Source of the DNA: the human T2T-CHM13v2.0 reference genome, Homo sapiens
Assembly: GCF_009914755.1 (NCBI RefSeq)
Contig: NC_060943.1
DNA length: 64,000 nt
Reading direction: 5' to 3' (one strand)
Positions 15,055 to 34,525 of the stretch are shown here, piece after piece (positions within the stretch are counted from its first letter, which is position 1; every line of letters begins with the position of its first letter). The notes beneath the pieces are model-generated. The model was given only the letters and a program-made list of their open reading frames with translations, did not search any database and had not been told where the DNA came from. The translations under genes were made by a program, and so were the position numbers.

Positions 15055-17064
15055 ATCTGGGATGTGGTGGAAGCCATGGCTCCTTTGGGTGGCTCAGCCC
15101 ACCTCTCCAGGTCTGTCCGTTCCTGTTCCAAGCTTCCAGCCCTTTCTGGAGCTGCCCTGGTCTCCCCGACCTCTCACTCACCTTTGGCTCTGTGGCCTTG
15201 AGAGCCCATGGATGTCTTTTATGTTTTTAATTTCTCCTGCTTTGTCAGCTTTCTAAGGAATATATTACATTATGTGGAAGTTGGATGCTAACAAGATTTG
15301 TATGAATAAATTAGACTCTTAACTTTTTTATGTTATTACAAAATTGAAATGGACTCTAATGACAGTCGGAATTAATGTTCTGTTGCCAATAAATGCCGGG
15401 GATGTGACTGAATCTTCAGCGCACTCTCCTCTTGCATCTCTGGCCCTTCCTGGGTGGTCTTGCCCAAGAAGGAACCTCCCTCCTCCTTCCAGCGAAGTGG
15501 GGTGCTCCACGACGCCTCCCTGCTGGCCCCTGGGTGATGGCCAAGGTGCTGCTCTGCCCAGGTGTGGGGGCTGCTGGGAATATCTGCTGCTGATGCTCCC
15601 AGGGGCGCCCCGGGATGGGAACTGCCCTGGGCCCCAGGGAGCTCCTTGCCCAAAGTCACACCCCATCCCACCGCCAGGGACTGCTACTGCTGTGGGATCA
15701 CAAAGGCCCAGCCCCTTGTCTCCATTTGGGACTGCCCTGAAGGTCCCTCCCAGCACCAGAGCACCTATGGGATGGGCTGAGTCCTCAGCTGAGAGGCACT
15801 GCTGTCGGCTTCTCTCTCTGCCTGCTCCTGCCCTCCTCAGCTCCTCGCAGGTGGCTGTCCCGAGAGCCCTTCCCTACAAACCTGTCTGCACCGTCCATCC
15901 CAGAGCATCCAGGCAACTCAGCCCAAGATCCTGGCTCTTAGGGACTTACCTGTTCCTAAACCCATGGTAGGCTGGGTGAGTCCTCTTCTGCCAGGATCAG
16001 AGTCCTCGGGGAACAGGATTGCTGTTTCTGGCCCGAGACCCCTTCTTGAGGTCAGGACTGGGGGTGAGGCACTGACCAGCTTCTCAGTCTCAGCCTAGAT
16101 CTCCGCCCCACCACCCCCTGGGCAGGGTTTGAGGAGCAGCAGGGTTAAGGGCTCCCCCAGATCTGAGCTGCCACACCTCAGCTTGCGGTGAGGAGTTTTC
16201 TGCAAGGAAACTTCTATCTCCCCAGGGGGGCAAGGTGGCACACCGGCTGGGGATTGGTGGTGTATTGGAACTGGTTCCCATAGCTGAAGATGGAAGGGAA
16301 GAAGGGGGCTGGTAAAGTAGGGAGAAGGAGCCTCAGATAGCCCAGAAATGAGGGGGTTCTGGACAGCCCAGGGTGGAAAATTTAGCTACCCTTGGAGTCA
16401 GGCCTCAGGGCAAAGGAGGGGTATGGTCTGGGATGTCGGGGGCGGTGTGTGGGGAGGGGGGACCTGCTGCTTTGGAAGGGGGCAGTGGGACTCCCGCTGT
16501 CATCGCAGAAAGGGATGAGGGTTTCCAGGGTGGCCAGGTATTCACATATTCAAGAACACAGGTCCATTTTTATATGAAATCGCTTCCCCTCTGAAGTCTG
16601 GAGACTAATTCAGAATTTAAAACCAAAGTCCTACGCTGACCAAACCATATGTCTGTATATTACTTTGGCCTCTGGGCCTGAAGAATTTGGAGTCCAGAAC
16701 TTCACTGACAAGGTGGATGATTTCCGCCTGGAGGATGAGGGCCTGGGGCCTAGTGTCTCACCAGAGCCCTGGAAAGGGACAGGAACCACCAAGACCACAG
16801 GCCATGGCTGCAGGGCTGTGGGGCTCAGCACCCACTGACTGTGGCCTTTGTTCTGGGACATCCCTGTCTGCTGGGAAGGGGCCAAAGCCCTCACCTCTGG
16901 GACTGCAGATGGGTGGGCGACTGGCTGGGCTCTGTGTGCCTCTGGAGTCTGGCCCACTCCCCCAGGACCCCGTGGATGAGTGGGCAGCAGAGGGCCCCCC
17001 CCCACTCCACCTCCCACTTCCAAGGAATCTGACCTCAGCATTCTAGCTTCCACCTTCATAAGTC

Positions 17065-17362
<298 letters not shown>

Positions 17363-17519
17363 AGGAGTCTTAAAGATTCCCTGCGGAAATGCCTTTGCAA
17401 GAGCAAAAAGAAGATTAAAGTCTTACCGTCCTTTGAATCCTTCTGGCTCTGGTGTTGGCATACATTGTCCCAGAGAAGGGGCTACCTTACGTCTCTATCG
17501 CTTTATATACGTAAACTCG

Positions 17520-19038
<1,519 letters not shown>

Positions 19039-19142
19039 TAGGCACTGGGGGATACAGCAGGACGTGAAGCAGAGGTGAATCCCAGCCCCCATGGAGTCAG
19101 TGTTCTGGTAAGGGCAGCAGACAGTGAACACTAATATACTTA

Positions 19143-19460
<318 letters not shown>

Positions 19461-19627
19461 GAATTATGTAGTGTTAGAATGTGGCACTTGCTTTAAAAAG
19501 CCAAGTAGGCTAAGAGGGATTGGAAGTGTGGGGTTAGGGAGGAAGGGAAGGGTCAAGGTGGGCCTCCCTGAGAAGGTGAGATGAGATTAGAGGTTGGGAA
19601 GATGTGGACCATACAGATGGTCTAGGC

Positions 19628-19836
19628 CAGTGGTTCTCAGCCTGGGCGATTGTATTCCCAGGGGAATTTGGCAACAGCTGGAGACATTTTTGATGGTCAT
19701 GACTCAAGGATGCTCCTGGCATCTGGTGGCTACAGCCCAGGGACACTGCTAAACACTCTACAGTCTATAGGACAGCCCCCATGACAGAGGACCATCTGAC
19801 CCCAAATGTCCGTAGTGTGGAGGTTGAGAAATTCTG
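19628..19836 (+). mobile_element. MER20 hAT-Charlie DNA transposon
   Basis: cagtggttctca...ggagacatttttgatggtcatgac...ctggcatct...gaggttgagaaattctg, with TIR-like ends. Confidence 0.85.
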
Positions 19837-20544
19837 ACCTGGGTGAAGATGAGTGTGGGCAGAGAGGGCACCCAGTGAAAGGAACGGCGAGGAAGTCAGG
19901 AGTTGGGGGACAGGGCCCGCTGGAGATGAGGCCGTATGGGGGCGGGGGACAGAGATGTGGGCCCTGCAGAACAGAGTACAGAGTAGGAAATTCGACTTTA
20001 CTCTGTGTGCGTGGGGAGCAATGGCAGGGTTTTGAACAGAGAAGTGCAATGATTGAAATTATATTTTAAAACAGGTTCCCTGTTGCTGCCATGGTAAGGG
20101 GCAAAGAGGCCTGGCAGTGGGAGAGGATGATCCAGCCAAGATGCTGGCAGTGGACGTGAGCAGATGGGTTGATTCTAGATATATTTGAAGGCAGAGCCAA
20201 CAAGATTTCCTGATGGGTTAGATGGGGTGTGAGGAAGAGATAGCTTTTGGTCTGAGCGGCTAGAAGGATGGAGTGACCCACAGCTGAGGTGGGAAAGAGT
20301 GGGTGGAACAGCTGTTGGAGGGGCTTAGGCTAAACATTCGGTGAAGGACATACAGGATTTAGGATGTCCAGTACACATGCAATGGCAGATGTTGAATATT
20401 TGGTTGGATATACAAGTTTGGAGTTATGGAGAGAGGTTAGAGCTGGAGATATTATACCCCAATGGGTTCTTCTTATTGGCTGCTCAGAAAAGCCAATACA
20501 CAGAGAAGAGCAGGAGTATTACAGCAGAAAAAGAGTTTAGTGAG

Positions 20545-20840
20545 GGCCAGGTGTGGTGGCTCATGCCTCTAATCTCAGCACTTTGGGAGGCCATGGTGGG
20601 TGAATTGCTTGAGGCCAGGAGTTCAAGACTAGCCTGGGCAACATGGCGATACCCCATCTCTACAGAAAATACAAAAAATTAGCTGGGCATGCTGGTACAT
20701 GCCTGTGGTCTCAGCTACTCAGGAGGCTGAGGTGGGAGGATTGCTGGAGCCCAGGAGTTTGAGGCTGCAGTGAACTGAGATGGCATCATGGCACTCCAGC
20801 CTGGGAGACAGAGTAAGACTCTGTCTCAAAAAAAACAAAA
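20545..20840 (+). mobile_element. Alu (AluJ-type) inside LTR8
   Basis: Alu dimer. Confidence 0.92.
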
Positions 20841-21330
20841 GTTTAATAATTGCAAGGCAATCCTGGCAGTAGTTGGGAGATAAATTCTTAACCTGCCTTC
20901 CTAAAAATTTGGAGGCTAGAGTCTTTCAAGGATAGTTTGGTGGACAGGGTACTAGGGAATGGGGAATGCTGGCCGGCTGTGTTAGGGATGGAATTATAGG
21001 GGGTAGAAGTTATAGCTTCTTCATTTATTGTGCTATGACAGTTTCCGGGTGGGGGTCACAAGATCATTTGAGCCAGTTTCTTGGTATGGGTTACTGGTTC
21101 AGGTGGCACCAGCTGGTCCATGGGAAAGCAAGGTCTGAAAGATACCTCAAACACTAGTCGTAGGTTTTACAATAGTGATGTTATCTACAGGAGCAGTTGG
21201 GGATGGTGTAAAATCTTTTGACCTTGTGGCTAATTTGTTAGTTTCACAAAGGTGGCTTTAGTCCCTGAGCAAGGAGGGGGTTAGTTTCAGGAAGGGACTA
21301 TTGTCATCTTTGTTTTCAAGTTGAACTATG

Positions 21331-21645
<315 letters not shown>

Positions 21646-22000
21646 TTAAGCTATGAGCTAAATTCCTCCCACAGTTAGCTTGGCCTATGCCCAGGAATGA
21701 ACAAAGACAGCTTGTGAGGTTAGGAGCAAAATGGAGTCAGCTATCAGATTTCTCTCGCAGTCGTATTACAAAGGTGCAAAGGTGGTTTCAGAGATAATAC
21801 ATTTGGGAGTCATCAACATATAGATAGTTTCTAAAGCCTGAAGACTGATCGAGGTCAGCGAGGGAGTGCAAATAGAGACACAAAGAGGACCAATAACTGA
21901 GAGCGGGAATATTCCAACGCGAAGACTCCAGGGAGATGAGGAAGACCCAAAGCAAGGCAAGAAGGGACCAGTGAGACAGGAAGAAAGCAGGAGACTATCA

Positions 22001-22636
<636 letters not shown>

Positions 22637-23330
22637 TTATTTTTTTTTTTAGGATTGGAGAAATCACAGTATATCTGTATGCTGATGAGACTGATAGAAT
22701 AGAATGTGAAAAACAGGTAGTTCAGAGGGGAGAACTGCTTGAGCCCAGTCCTTGAGAAGCTTAGAGTATTGGAGCTGGTGGATGTGGGGGATTGGCCATA
22801 GGTAGAAGCACAGACAATTCTCGTAGGGTCAAAGCCGGGAGGGCAGAACAGTGGATGCAAATATGGTCACTAGGGTCTGGAAGTCCTCTCTCTCTCTCTC
22901 CTCTGTGTTTCTCTCTCTGTTAACAGCTTTATTGAGACATAATCACATACCTCACCATTCACCCACCTGAAGTGTGCAATTCCATGGTTTTCAGTATGTT
23001 CCCAGTGTTGTGCGCCCATCGCCACAGTCAATTCCACAACATTTTCATCACTCCAGGAAGAAACGCTGTGCTATTCACAGTCACTCCCCTTCCTTCCTGC
23101 CCAGTCCTAGGCAAACACTAATCTGTTTTCTGTCTCTATACATTTGCCTATTCTGGACATTTCATGTCAATTGAATCCTACAATGCGTGGTCTTTTTTTC
23201 CGCTTAGCATAATAATGGTTTCAGGGTTCAGCCATGTTGTATTAAAAGTACTCCCATCTCTAAAAAATAAAAAATTAAAAAAATTAAAGTTGACTGGGCG
23301 TGGTGGCTCATGCCTATAATCCCAGCACTC

Positions 23331-23983
<653 letters not shown>

Positions 23984-24050
23984 TAATGATGTATCTCATT
24001 GGGGATGCATCTTTTCACATGCTTATTTGCTACTTGGATGTCTTTGGAGA

Positions 24051-25029
24051 TGTCAGCTGAAAAAACACATGATTTATAGACTTAGAAAGGAGAACTTTAT
24101 TTCTTAAGAAGGGGTTCACAACCTACAGGCCGGAAGCGCAGCCTCCACCTGAAAACCGAAAGCAAGCACTTCGAGGGAGGGCAGGGTGGAACAGGAATTT
24201 ATGCTGAACGGGCTGGCCAAATACGCATATTCAGCAAGTTACAGGAAGAACTATGAACATTCATGAGGGGGGTCTGGACGCATACATACTGAACAAACAT
24301 GCACGTTACATGCGTCCCATGTTTACCTTGTTTACCTTAGGTAGCAGACTTTGCATATAAATGCATTACAGTTAAACCCTACATGTCAAAAGGACATGAA
24401 GGTATTCAGTGCACAGCAGCCTCTGTAAACCGGCCAGAACCAGGCCATGGTGGGTAGTCTCTTATTAGGAGAAAGTTACTGAAATCAGTCTCTTGTCCAA
24501 TCAAAGCTGCAGTTATGGCTGGTAAATCAGAGGGGTAGGGGGTCAGTTAGTGCCTGGCGGTGGGTAAGCTGCAATTGTTTCAGTATTGTTTATCTCCAAA
24601 CCAGTGCTTGTTTAGCTGCTAGAGAAAAAGAAACTCCTGTGGCAGTTAGAGCATAGTTTACTTTTATAAATAGTAGTATAAAAAGTGTAGGGGTGTGTGA
24701 CTTTATCCTTGCCTGGCATGGCCTTAGGTAATGTTTATAACTTGGTGTCTTACTGCCACAAAGAGTCTGTTCTGTGAGTCTTATGATCTCTGTGTTAATG
24801 TTCATGCTGGTCAGTTGTTGTGTCTAAACCACAAAAGGGATGGGAGTCCTGCTGTAGTCACTCTTAGGAGAGGAAGTCTAACGGTGGTTAGCAAGGGAGA
24901 GGTGTGTGTCCAACCTCCCGTCCCAGCATGGCCAGGAACCCAGTTTTTAAGATTTCTCTGGGTTCCTCTTGGCCAAGAGGGGGACTGTTTATTCAGTTGG
25001 GGGACTTAGGATTTTCTTTTTAGTTCTCA
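24051..25029 (-). mobile_element. MER4-group (MER49-like) ERV1 solo LTR
   Basis: TG...CA ends with TSD GAGA (24047 and 25030); reverse start resembles TG.....AAAA..AAAATCCTAAG.CCCCAAC. Confidence 0.75.
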
Positions 25030-25119
25030 GAGACTATCTATTCAGATCCTTTGCCCATAAATTAATTGAGTTGTGAGACTATCTATTCAGATCCTTTGCC
25101 CATAAATTAATTGAGTTGT
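25030..25119. repeat. Perfect 45-bp tandem duplication
   Basis: gagactatctattcagatcctttgcccataaattaattgagttgt x2. Confidence 0.97.
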
Positions 25120-25175
25120 TAAATTTTTTAAATTATCAAGTTGGAAGGATTTTTTTAATCTATTCTGGATACAAG

Positions 25176-25697
25176 TTTCTTTTTTTTCTTTTCTTTTTCT
25201 TTTTCTTTTTCTTTTCTTTTTTTTTTTTTTTTTTTTTTTTTTTGAGACATAGTCTCTCACTCTGTCGTCCAGGCTGGAGTATAGTGGTGTGACCTTGGCT
25301 CACTGGTACTTTCTCCTCCCAGGTTCAAACCATTCTCGTGCCTCAGCCTCCCAAGTAGCTGGGATTACAGGCACCCGCCACCACACCTGGTTAATTTTTT
25401 TGCTTTTGTTTTTGTTTTATCTTGAGACAGTCTTGCTCTGTCACCCAGGCTGGAGTTCAGTAGTGTGATTTTGGCTCACTGCAAACCTTCGCCTCCCGGG
25501 TTCAAGCGATTCTCCTGCCTCAGCCTCCCAAGTAGCTGGGACTACAGGCATGTGCCACCATGCATGGCTAATTTTTGTATTTTTAGTAGAGATGGGGGTT
25601 TCACCAGGCTGGTCTTGAACTCCTGACCTGAGGTAATCTGCCCACCTCAACCTCCCAAAGTGCTGGGATTACAGACATGAGCTGCCACACCTGGCCA
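25176..25697 (-). mobile_element. Alu right monomer plus adjacent Alu (three arms in tandem)
   Basis: Long CT/T tail, right arm 25243-25400, second Alu 25423-25697. Confidence 0.88.
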
Positions 25698-27067
25698 CAA
25701 GTTTCATATTAAATATATGATTTGCAAATTTTATCTTGTTCTGTGGGTTGCCATATTTTCTTGATGGTATCATTTGCAGTACAAAAGTTTTCAATTTTGA
25801 TAAAATCCAATTTCTCTTATTTTTATTTGTATTGCTTATGCTTTTGGTATTGTGTCTAAGAAAGTCTAAACCCACCTAAGGTCATGAAGATTTTCTCCTT
25901 TCTGTTTTCTACTGATTTATGCTTTCTATTTAATTTTCATTTCTAGGTGAATTGGCAAGTATTTTCCGGACAATGTTAAATAACAGTGGGCTTCTCTTGT
26001 TCTATTCCTGACTTTAATATTTCACCATTAATCATGATTGTATCTATGGGATGAGATCTTTTAAACTTAAAAAAAAGCGTCCTATATTACTAGTGTTTAT
26101 AAATAATTAAGGACTCTTTTACCCCCAAATGTATTTAATCTATAGACATAAATGTGTTTTTTTCTCTTTTGATCTATTTATGCAGCAAACCATGTTAATA
26201 TTTATAATATGGCTAATATTGAGCCATTCTGTAATGCATTTCTGAATTAAATCTTAATTTGTTGGTGTACATAATTATTTCATCATATTGCTTGTTCAAT
26301 AGCCAATAGGTTTTATCATTTCCTTGTGATTCTTTGACTCATGAATTATTTGGATGCAAACACTTCAAGAGCATTTTTTTCTCTTCTGTTTTTGAAAAAA
26401 CAAGTTTCTAATTTTATTGCATTGTGGTGCAATGTGATAAAATTGCAGAGATTGTGGTGTGCATGCTATTGATTATTTAATTTTAGTGGAGAATTCCTTT
26501 GTGTCCTGGTTAGTATATGATCATTTTTCTGTCCCATTATGTTGGAAATAATATGTCTCCTCTAATAGTTGCGTTCAGAAGTCTATATAGATCGGTACCT
26601 ATATACATTCTTTAACTCAGTCTTGTATATTGTTTGTATCTTCTATATTCTTAATTTTTTTTGGCTGCTTAATTTATCAACATCAGAGTGAGATGTGTTA
26701 AGATCTCTCAATATGGTTATGAATTTGTTCATTTTCTTTGTAATCTTACCAACTTTGACTATATTTTTTTGTAAAGCAATGTTATTAGGTGCATATAGGT
26801 TCAAGATGATTATGCCTTCCTAGTGAATTATTTCCTTTTTCTTTGTGTAATAACTCTTTTAAATCCCATCAATGCTTTTTTTTGGCCTTACATTCTATTT
26901 TACCATATATTAATATTACAAAACAACTCTGTCTTTGTTATTTTGTCTTTGGTATGTTGCTTCACTTTCAACATTTCTGTGTCATCATGTTTTGAAAGTG
27001 TCCCTCTAGTAAGTTTAGTTGGTTTTCTTTTTTTTTGTGGTTACTGGTTTATTTATATTTTCTCTCT

Positions 27068-27372
<305 letters not shown>

Positions 27373-28299
27373 ATATTTTTTCTTTTTTCTGTTTTATTTT
27401 GTGTTTCCTACTTAACTTGCTTTTTCATTGTTTCTTTTTAAAATCTATCCTGCTTTCTAAAGGATTGATTGTATGTACTTTACTCTTGTTTTAGTCCGTC
27501 TGCTGGTTTGGAAGTTACACATTCTATTTTTTATTCTCCCAGTGTTTACCTTTATGTTGCTAATATACACACTTGGTTTAACCCAATATGATTTAAATAA
27601 AAATGTCTACTTTCCTCCAAAACAACATAATGATCTTGGAACACTTTAATTCTGATCATACTCCCATCCTATATCTTTTGTTGTCTAATTATAGTACCAT
27701 ATTATTTATAAACTCCCCAATTTTAAAAAATCATTATTACTGTTGATTATTTCAACTTACAGCTGTTTACCAGTTTCTTTTCTCACTCTTGCTTATTGCA
27801 TTCTACTCTTTTTTGTGTGTGTGAGAGTTCTGTTTTCAACTGCCTCACATAACCCCTTAGTAGTTCTTTCAGGGAAGGCCTATGTAAACTCTCTTGGACA
27901 TTGTTCATTTAAATATTATTTTTCCCTGCATAGTTGAGCTGGGTGTAGAATTCTGGGATGATAGTTATTTTCCTTTAGCTCTCTGAAGCCTTATTCATTG
28001 TTTTTGGGTCCCCTCTGCTCCTCAAAGAAGATGAGAGTTAGTGTGTCAGTGCTTTGTGTATAATGTCTTTCTCTCTGGTTATTTTTGTGACTTTTCTCTG
28101 TTTCATATTTTTCAGCTTCACTGAGTTAACTGTAGGTGTATAGTTTTATTTTTCCTACTTGGAAGTTGAGGCACTTATTCACTCTTAGGACTCATGGCTT
28201 TCTTAAGTTCTGCAAATTTTTTCAGTCATCATCTCTTCAAATAGTTCCTTGACCCTGTTCTCAATATTAGCCTTTGAAATGCAAGTCACATGTATGAAG

Positions 28300-28545
28300 G
28301 ACAGTAAAGCACGGTGGTTAAGAACACGGACTCTGGAGATAGTTTCTTGGATCTGACTTCTACTCCAACACTTAATAGCTGGGGAAAATTACTTAAACTC
28401 AGTTCCTCAGTTTACTCATCTATATAATGGAGGTAATAATATTACCAAACTCTTAGGTTGTTGTGAGAATCAAATAAGTTGATGTATATAAGGTGTTTAA
28501 AATGGATACTGGCACATGGTCAGCTCTACGTAAGCCTTGGTGATT
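28300..28545 (+). mobile_element. MIR SINE, near full length
   Basis: gcacggtggttaagaacacggactctggag; core cctcagtttactcatctatataatgg; ggttgttgtgagaatcaaat. Confidence 0.85.
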
Positions 28546-29672
28546 AATGTTCTCTTGAGTGCCCTAGAGACTCTGTACTGACACTGACACAGTTGCCCAG
28601 AAGTCATTAGTGTAAGTGATCCGGAAGGACCCTGCCTTTGTTTTAGTCCCTGGGGATGCATTTTGGCCAGAGTCTATGATTATCAGTTTTATTTTGGACC
28701 CTCTCATTCTATTCTCTTCCTTGGAATTCAGATTCATGTTTTTCCATGTTTGCATTCTGGGTGATTATGTTAGATTCACCCCTGGATCACCTTGTCTCCT
28801 AGTTTACTAATCTGTTCTGAAATCCTAGCAATGAGTTTTTAATTTTAATCACTATATTTTTCATCTCTTGGAATTCTACGGAGAGTGTTGAAATCTACAT
28901 GCTTGTTTCCTGTAGTTTCCTGTTCTTTCATGCCTGTTTTATTATTTTACTCATTTTATAATTTAAAATATAAATGTTAGCATAAACAATAGATAGATTA
29001 GCATAAATCAGGTTTCTCCCTCATCTTGGATTCTAGTCTTTCTGCTTGTTTATCAGCTTGTTTTTCCTCATGGCGAATCATTTCCTTTGGTAGATTATAA
29101 TTTCTGTGCAATATTCTAGGGAAGCAAAAATTATCCAAACTAATTTAAGACTGTTGACTTTTAAACATTGGTAGCCCTGTGCTTCCTAGGTTGTGGAGAT
29201 GTTGCTTCAGAACATTTCAAAAATTGTTTCTGCTGGGAGCCTCCATGGGTTCATCAGTTTGGGACTTATTTTTCCTACTATTTCTAGCTCCATATTGGTC
29301 ATGTAAATTTGAACTCCACAGCCATGGTTCAGGCTTGGGATTCTTTTCATTCTGGGAGGCTTCCCCCTGCCTCCCAGAATGAAAATATAAAAATATTTTC
29401 TTTTAGACAGGGTTTGAGTTTTCTAGGCTTCCATTTCACTGAGCCCTTCTAGAGCCCTAGCTTTGTGCAGTAACTCAGTTCTAGTTCCTCATCTTATGAG
29501 GGCCCTGACTGAATCTCCTGTGGGCACCAATGCCCCAGGCCCTGACCTGTAGGGTCTGCCATCTGTGTTCAGGACTTCTGGGGCACCTGCTGACAGTTCA
29601 TTGTTCCAGCTCATGCCTGAGGATTTCCTTTTCTTTCCTGAAGTTTAGCTTTGTATCTAATGATTTTTATCT

Positions 29673-29752
29673 GGTCAGACATGGTAGGTCAAGCCTGTAA
29701 TCCCAGTGCTTCTTGAGGCTGAGGTGGGAGGATCACTTGAGCCCAGGAGTCT
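29673..29752 (+). mobile_element. Alu 5' fragment fused to an oppositely oriented Alu
   Basis: gcctgtaatcccag...ggatcacttgagcccaggagt then abrupt switch of strand. Confidence 0.85.
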
Positions 29753-30033
<281 letters not shown>

Positions 30034-30923
30034 TCCATGTCCTTTTATTTAGGATTTTTGCATCTATAGTGACAAGCAAGATTTAGTCTGTGATTTTATT
30101 TTTGTTTCATCTTTGGCAGATTTTGGTACCAGGGTTATGTGTTATTCATAAAATTAATTAGGAAGTTTTTCTCTTTTCTTCATCCTCTGGAACATTTTAA
30201 ATAGCATAGAAAATGTCTGTTCCTTGAAGGTTTGAAACTGCCTGAGGACAGTGCCTTTGGGGGTGGGGAGGACTGTTTTCCACATATATTTTCCATTCAG
30301 CTTCTCTACTTCTTAAATCAGTTTGTATCACTTTGCTTCCCTAGACTATCATACATTTAATCAAGATTTTAAAATTTACTAGCAGAGAATTCTATGTGGT
30401 ATTCTTATATTTTTATAAATTTTTTTTGCATCTCTACTTATCTCTCTTTCTTATTAATGTTGTTTTTTTTCTCTTTTCTTGGTTAGACTTTACCAGAGAT
30501 TTGTTGATTTCATTGGCCTTTTCTAAGAAGCAGCTGTCAAATTTATTTATTCATCCTGCTGTTCAACTCTTTTAAAAATCAGGACTTCCTCCTATTTAAT
30601 GACTTGTTAAGGCTTATTTTCTTGTTCTTTTTCTAATTTTTTAAGTTGAACATCTGTCCAGGTCATGTATTATCTTTCTTCTTTACGAATAAAACATTTA
30701 AACTGATGACGCTTCCTCTGAGTACAGTTCTGGCCACATTCCGTAAGTTTTGGTATGCATAAATTGTCATTAGCATAATTTTTTGTAGTCTAAAATTGCT
30801 CATTTTATTTCCTCCTTGATGCAAGAGAGGTATTCAGGAGGGTACTTTAAAGCTTTTTATTTTTTCTTTTGTTATTAATTTCTAGTTAGATAGTAATGTA
30901 TCCCATACATTTTTTAAAAATTA

Positions 30924-31113
30924 CCATATTTTTATAAAATCTAAAATGCTGTTGATTGTAATGGACTCCAATTATTTTTTATACCACTAAAGAAGGGAAA
31001 AAGAAAAAACCCATTGCTTATTAAACTGTAACATCCCATCAGTTATAAGAAGCATTCTGGTTTCAGAGATGATGTGAAAAAATAAAGTACATCTTAGAAT
31101 GTGTGAAATAGGG
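30924..31113. mobile_element. MER104-like TcMar-Tc2 DNA transposon remnant
   Basis: Degenerate TIRs ccatattt...tctaa / ttagaat...gaaataggg; ~190 bp. Confidence 0.55.
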
Positions 31114-31223
31114 AGATTATTTGTCCATCAGTGTGAGAGCATTGTGGTCAGAGAATGTGATCTGTATTGTAATAGTTCCCTGAAATACATTGTAACCTGG
31201 TATTTGATATGTGGTCAGCTTCA

Positions 31224-31520
31224 TTTTTTTGGTTTTTGTTTTGTTTTTTGAGACAGGGCTTTGCTCTGTCACCCAGGCTGGAATGCAGTGGTGCAATTAT
31301 GGCTCACTGCAGCCTTGAAATCCAGGGCTCAGGCGATCCTCCCACCTCAGCCTCCCAAAATAGCTGGGACCACAGGCGCACACCACCACACCGGGCTAAT
31401 TTTAAAAATATTTCTGTAGTGACAGCATCTCCCTGTGTTGCTCAGGCTAGTCTCGAACTCCTGGGCTCAAGTGACCCTCCTGCCTTGACCTCCCAAAGTG
31501 CTGGGATTACAGACATGTGT
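31224..31520 (-). mobile_element. Alu (AluJ-type)
   Basis: Reverse Alu dimer. Confidence 0.9.
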
Positions 31521-31554
31521 GGTTAGTTTTTATAAATGTTTTATAGGTGTGTGA

Positions 31555-32666
<1,112 letters not shown>

Positions 32667-32753
32667 TGAGCATTCTCTCTTGTCTTCCTTATTGTTATAA
32701 CTGAGAATTTTTCCCACCTTAATACAAAAAAGTATCATTAATATTTACAGTAG

Positions 32754-33049
<296 letters not shown>

Positions 33050-33755
33050 TTACAGTAGATAGTTAATTAAATTTACTTATAAATTATACCAATGTTCATG
33101 TATTTTAAATCTCACTCCTTCTCTGTGAGTTCATTTTTCTTCTTGCCAAAATGTATCCTTTAAAATTCAATTTCAGGGCAAGCCCTCTTAGTTTTGGATG
33201 TCTGAAAATGTCTTTATTTTGCCCTCATTCCTGAATAATTGAGTAGGATGACCTTTACTTTCCCGTAGCACTTTATAAAAATATTATATTACTACATTGT
33301 TTCCTGGGCATCTCTTGATGCCAGAATGTTTACAGCTGTTCTAACTGTTGGTAAGTCTCTTTTCTTCCTGTAAACTTTGAGGTTTTTCTCTTTGTTTTGA
33401 TATTCTGGAGTTTTACCAAGATTACGAATTTATTTTTACTGTTTAGCAGTTTGTGTACATTTTTCTGGAACATTCTCAGCCATTATCCTCTCAGTTTATT
33501 ACTTTTTCTACCAGAACCCTGTTCTCTTCTTTTAGGACTCCATATTAGATGAATGGGGTGCTTTTTAACAATTGCGTCAGATTCCAGAGTGTGGATTTAT
33601 TCATTTAAACATTTATTATTTTTAATAGTTTGTTTGACTATTCTTCTTCTAATGGAAATTTATACTTTTCTACTAAAAACAATGCTATAGCCAATGATTT
33701 TATTTCTCTCTTTTTGCTAGATTCTATTTTTATTGTTTCATGGTTAGGTAATGAC

Positions 33756-34061
<306 letters not shown>

Positions 34062-34249
34062 AGGTAATGACTTCTATTGAGATTTTTTTCCTGTAGTCCA
34101 ATATAAGCCCATTTTGCTAAATAATCTGTAAGTAAACTATATTCTGTTTGCTGAGCACAAAAATGTGAGAGGGAGTGCCAGATTTTGTCTGTTGAATCCT
34201 TAATAATCTCAATTTTGTTTGCACAATTTGTTCATTTAAAAAGTGTTCA

Positions 34250-34525
34250 GGCCAGGCACAGTGGCTCACACCTGTAATCCCTTTGGGAGGCCGAGGTGGG
34301 AGGCCTGCTTGAGCCCAGGAGTTGGAGAGATCTTGTCTCTACAAAAAAATTAAAAAAATAACCAGGAAAGGTGGCTTGTGCCTGAAATCCCAGCTACTCA
34401 AGAGGCTGAGGTGGGAGGATCACCTGAGCCCAGGGAGGTGGAGGCTGCAGTGAGCTGTGATCGCACCCCTGCACTCCAGCCTGGGTGACAGAGCAAGACC
34501 CTGTTTAAAAAAAAAATAAAAATAA
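34250..34525 (+). mobile_element. Alu (AluJ-type) with small deletions
   Basis: Alu dimer. Confidence 0.88.

Noticed and set aside
15344-15970. 208-aa ORF
   Set aside because: Non-ATG start, Pro/Gly/Ser-rich composition typical of GC-rich chance frames, no recognisable domain.
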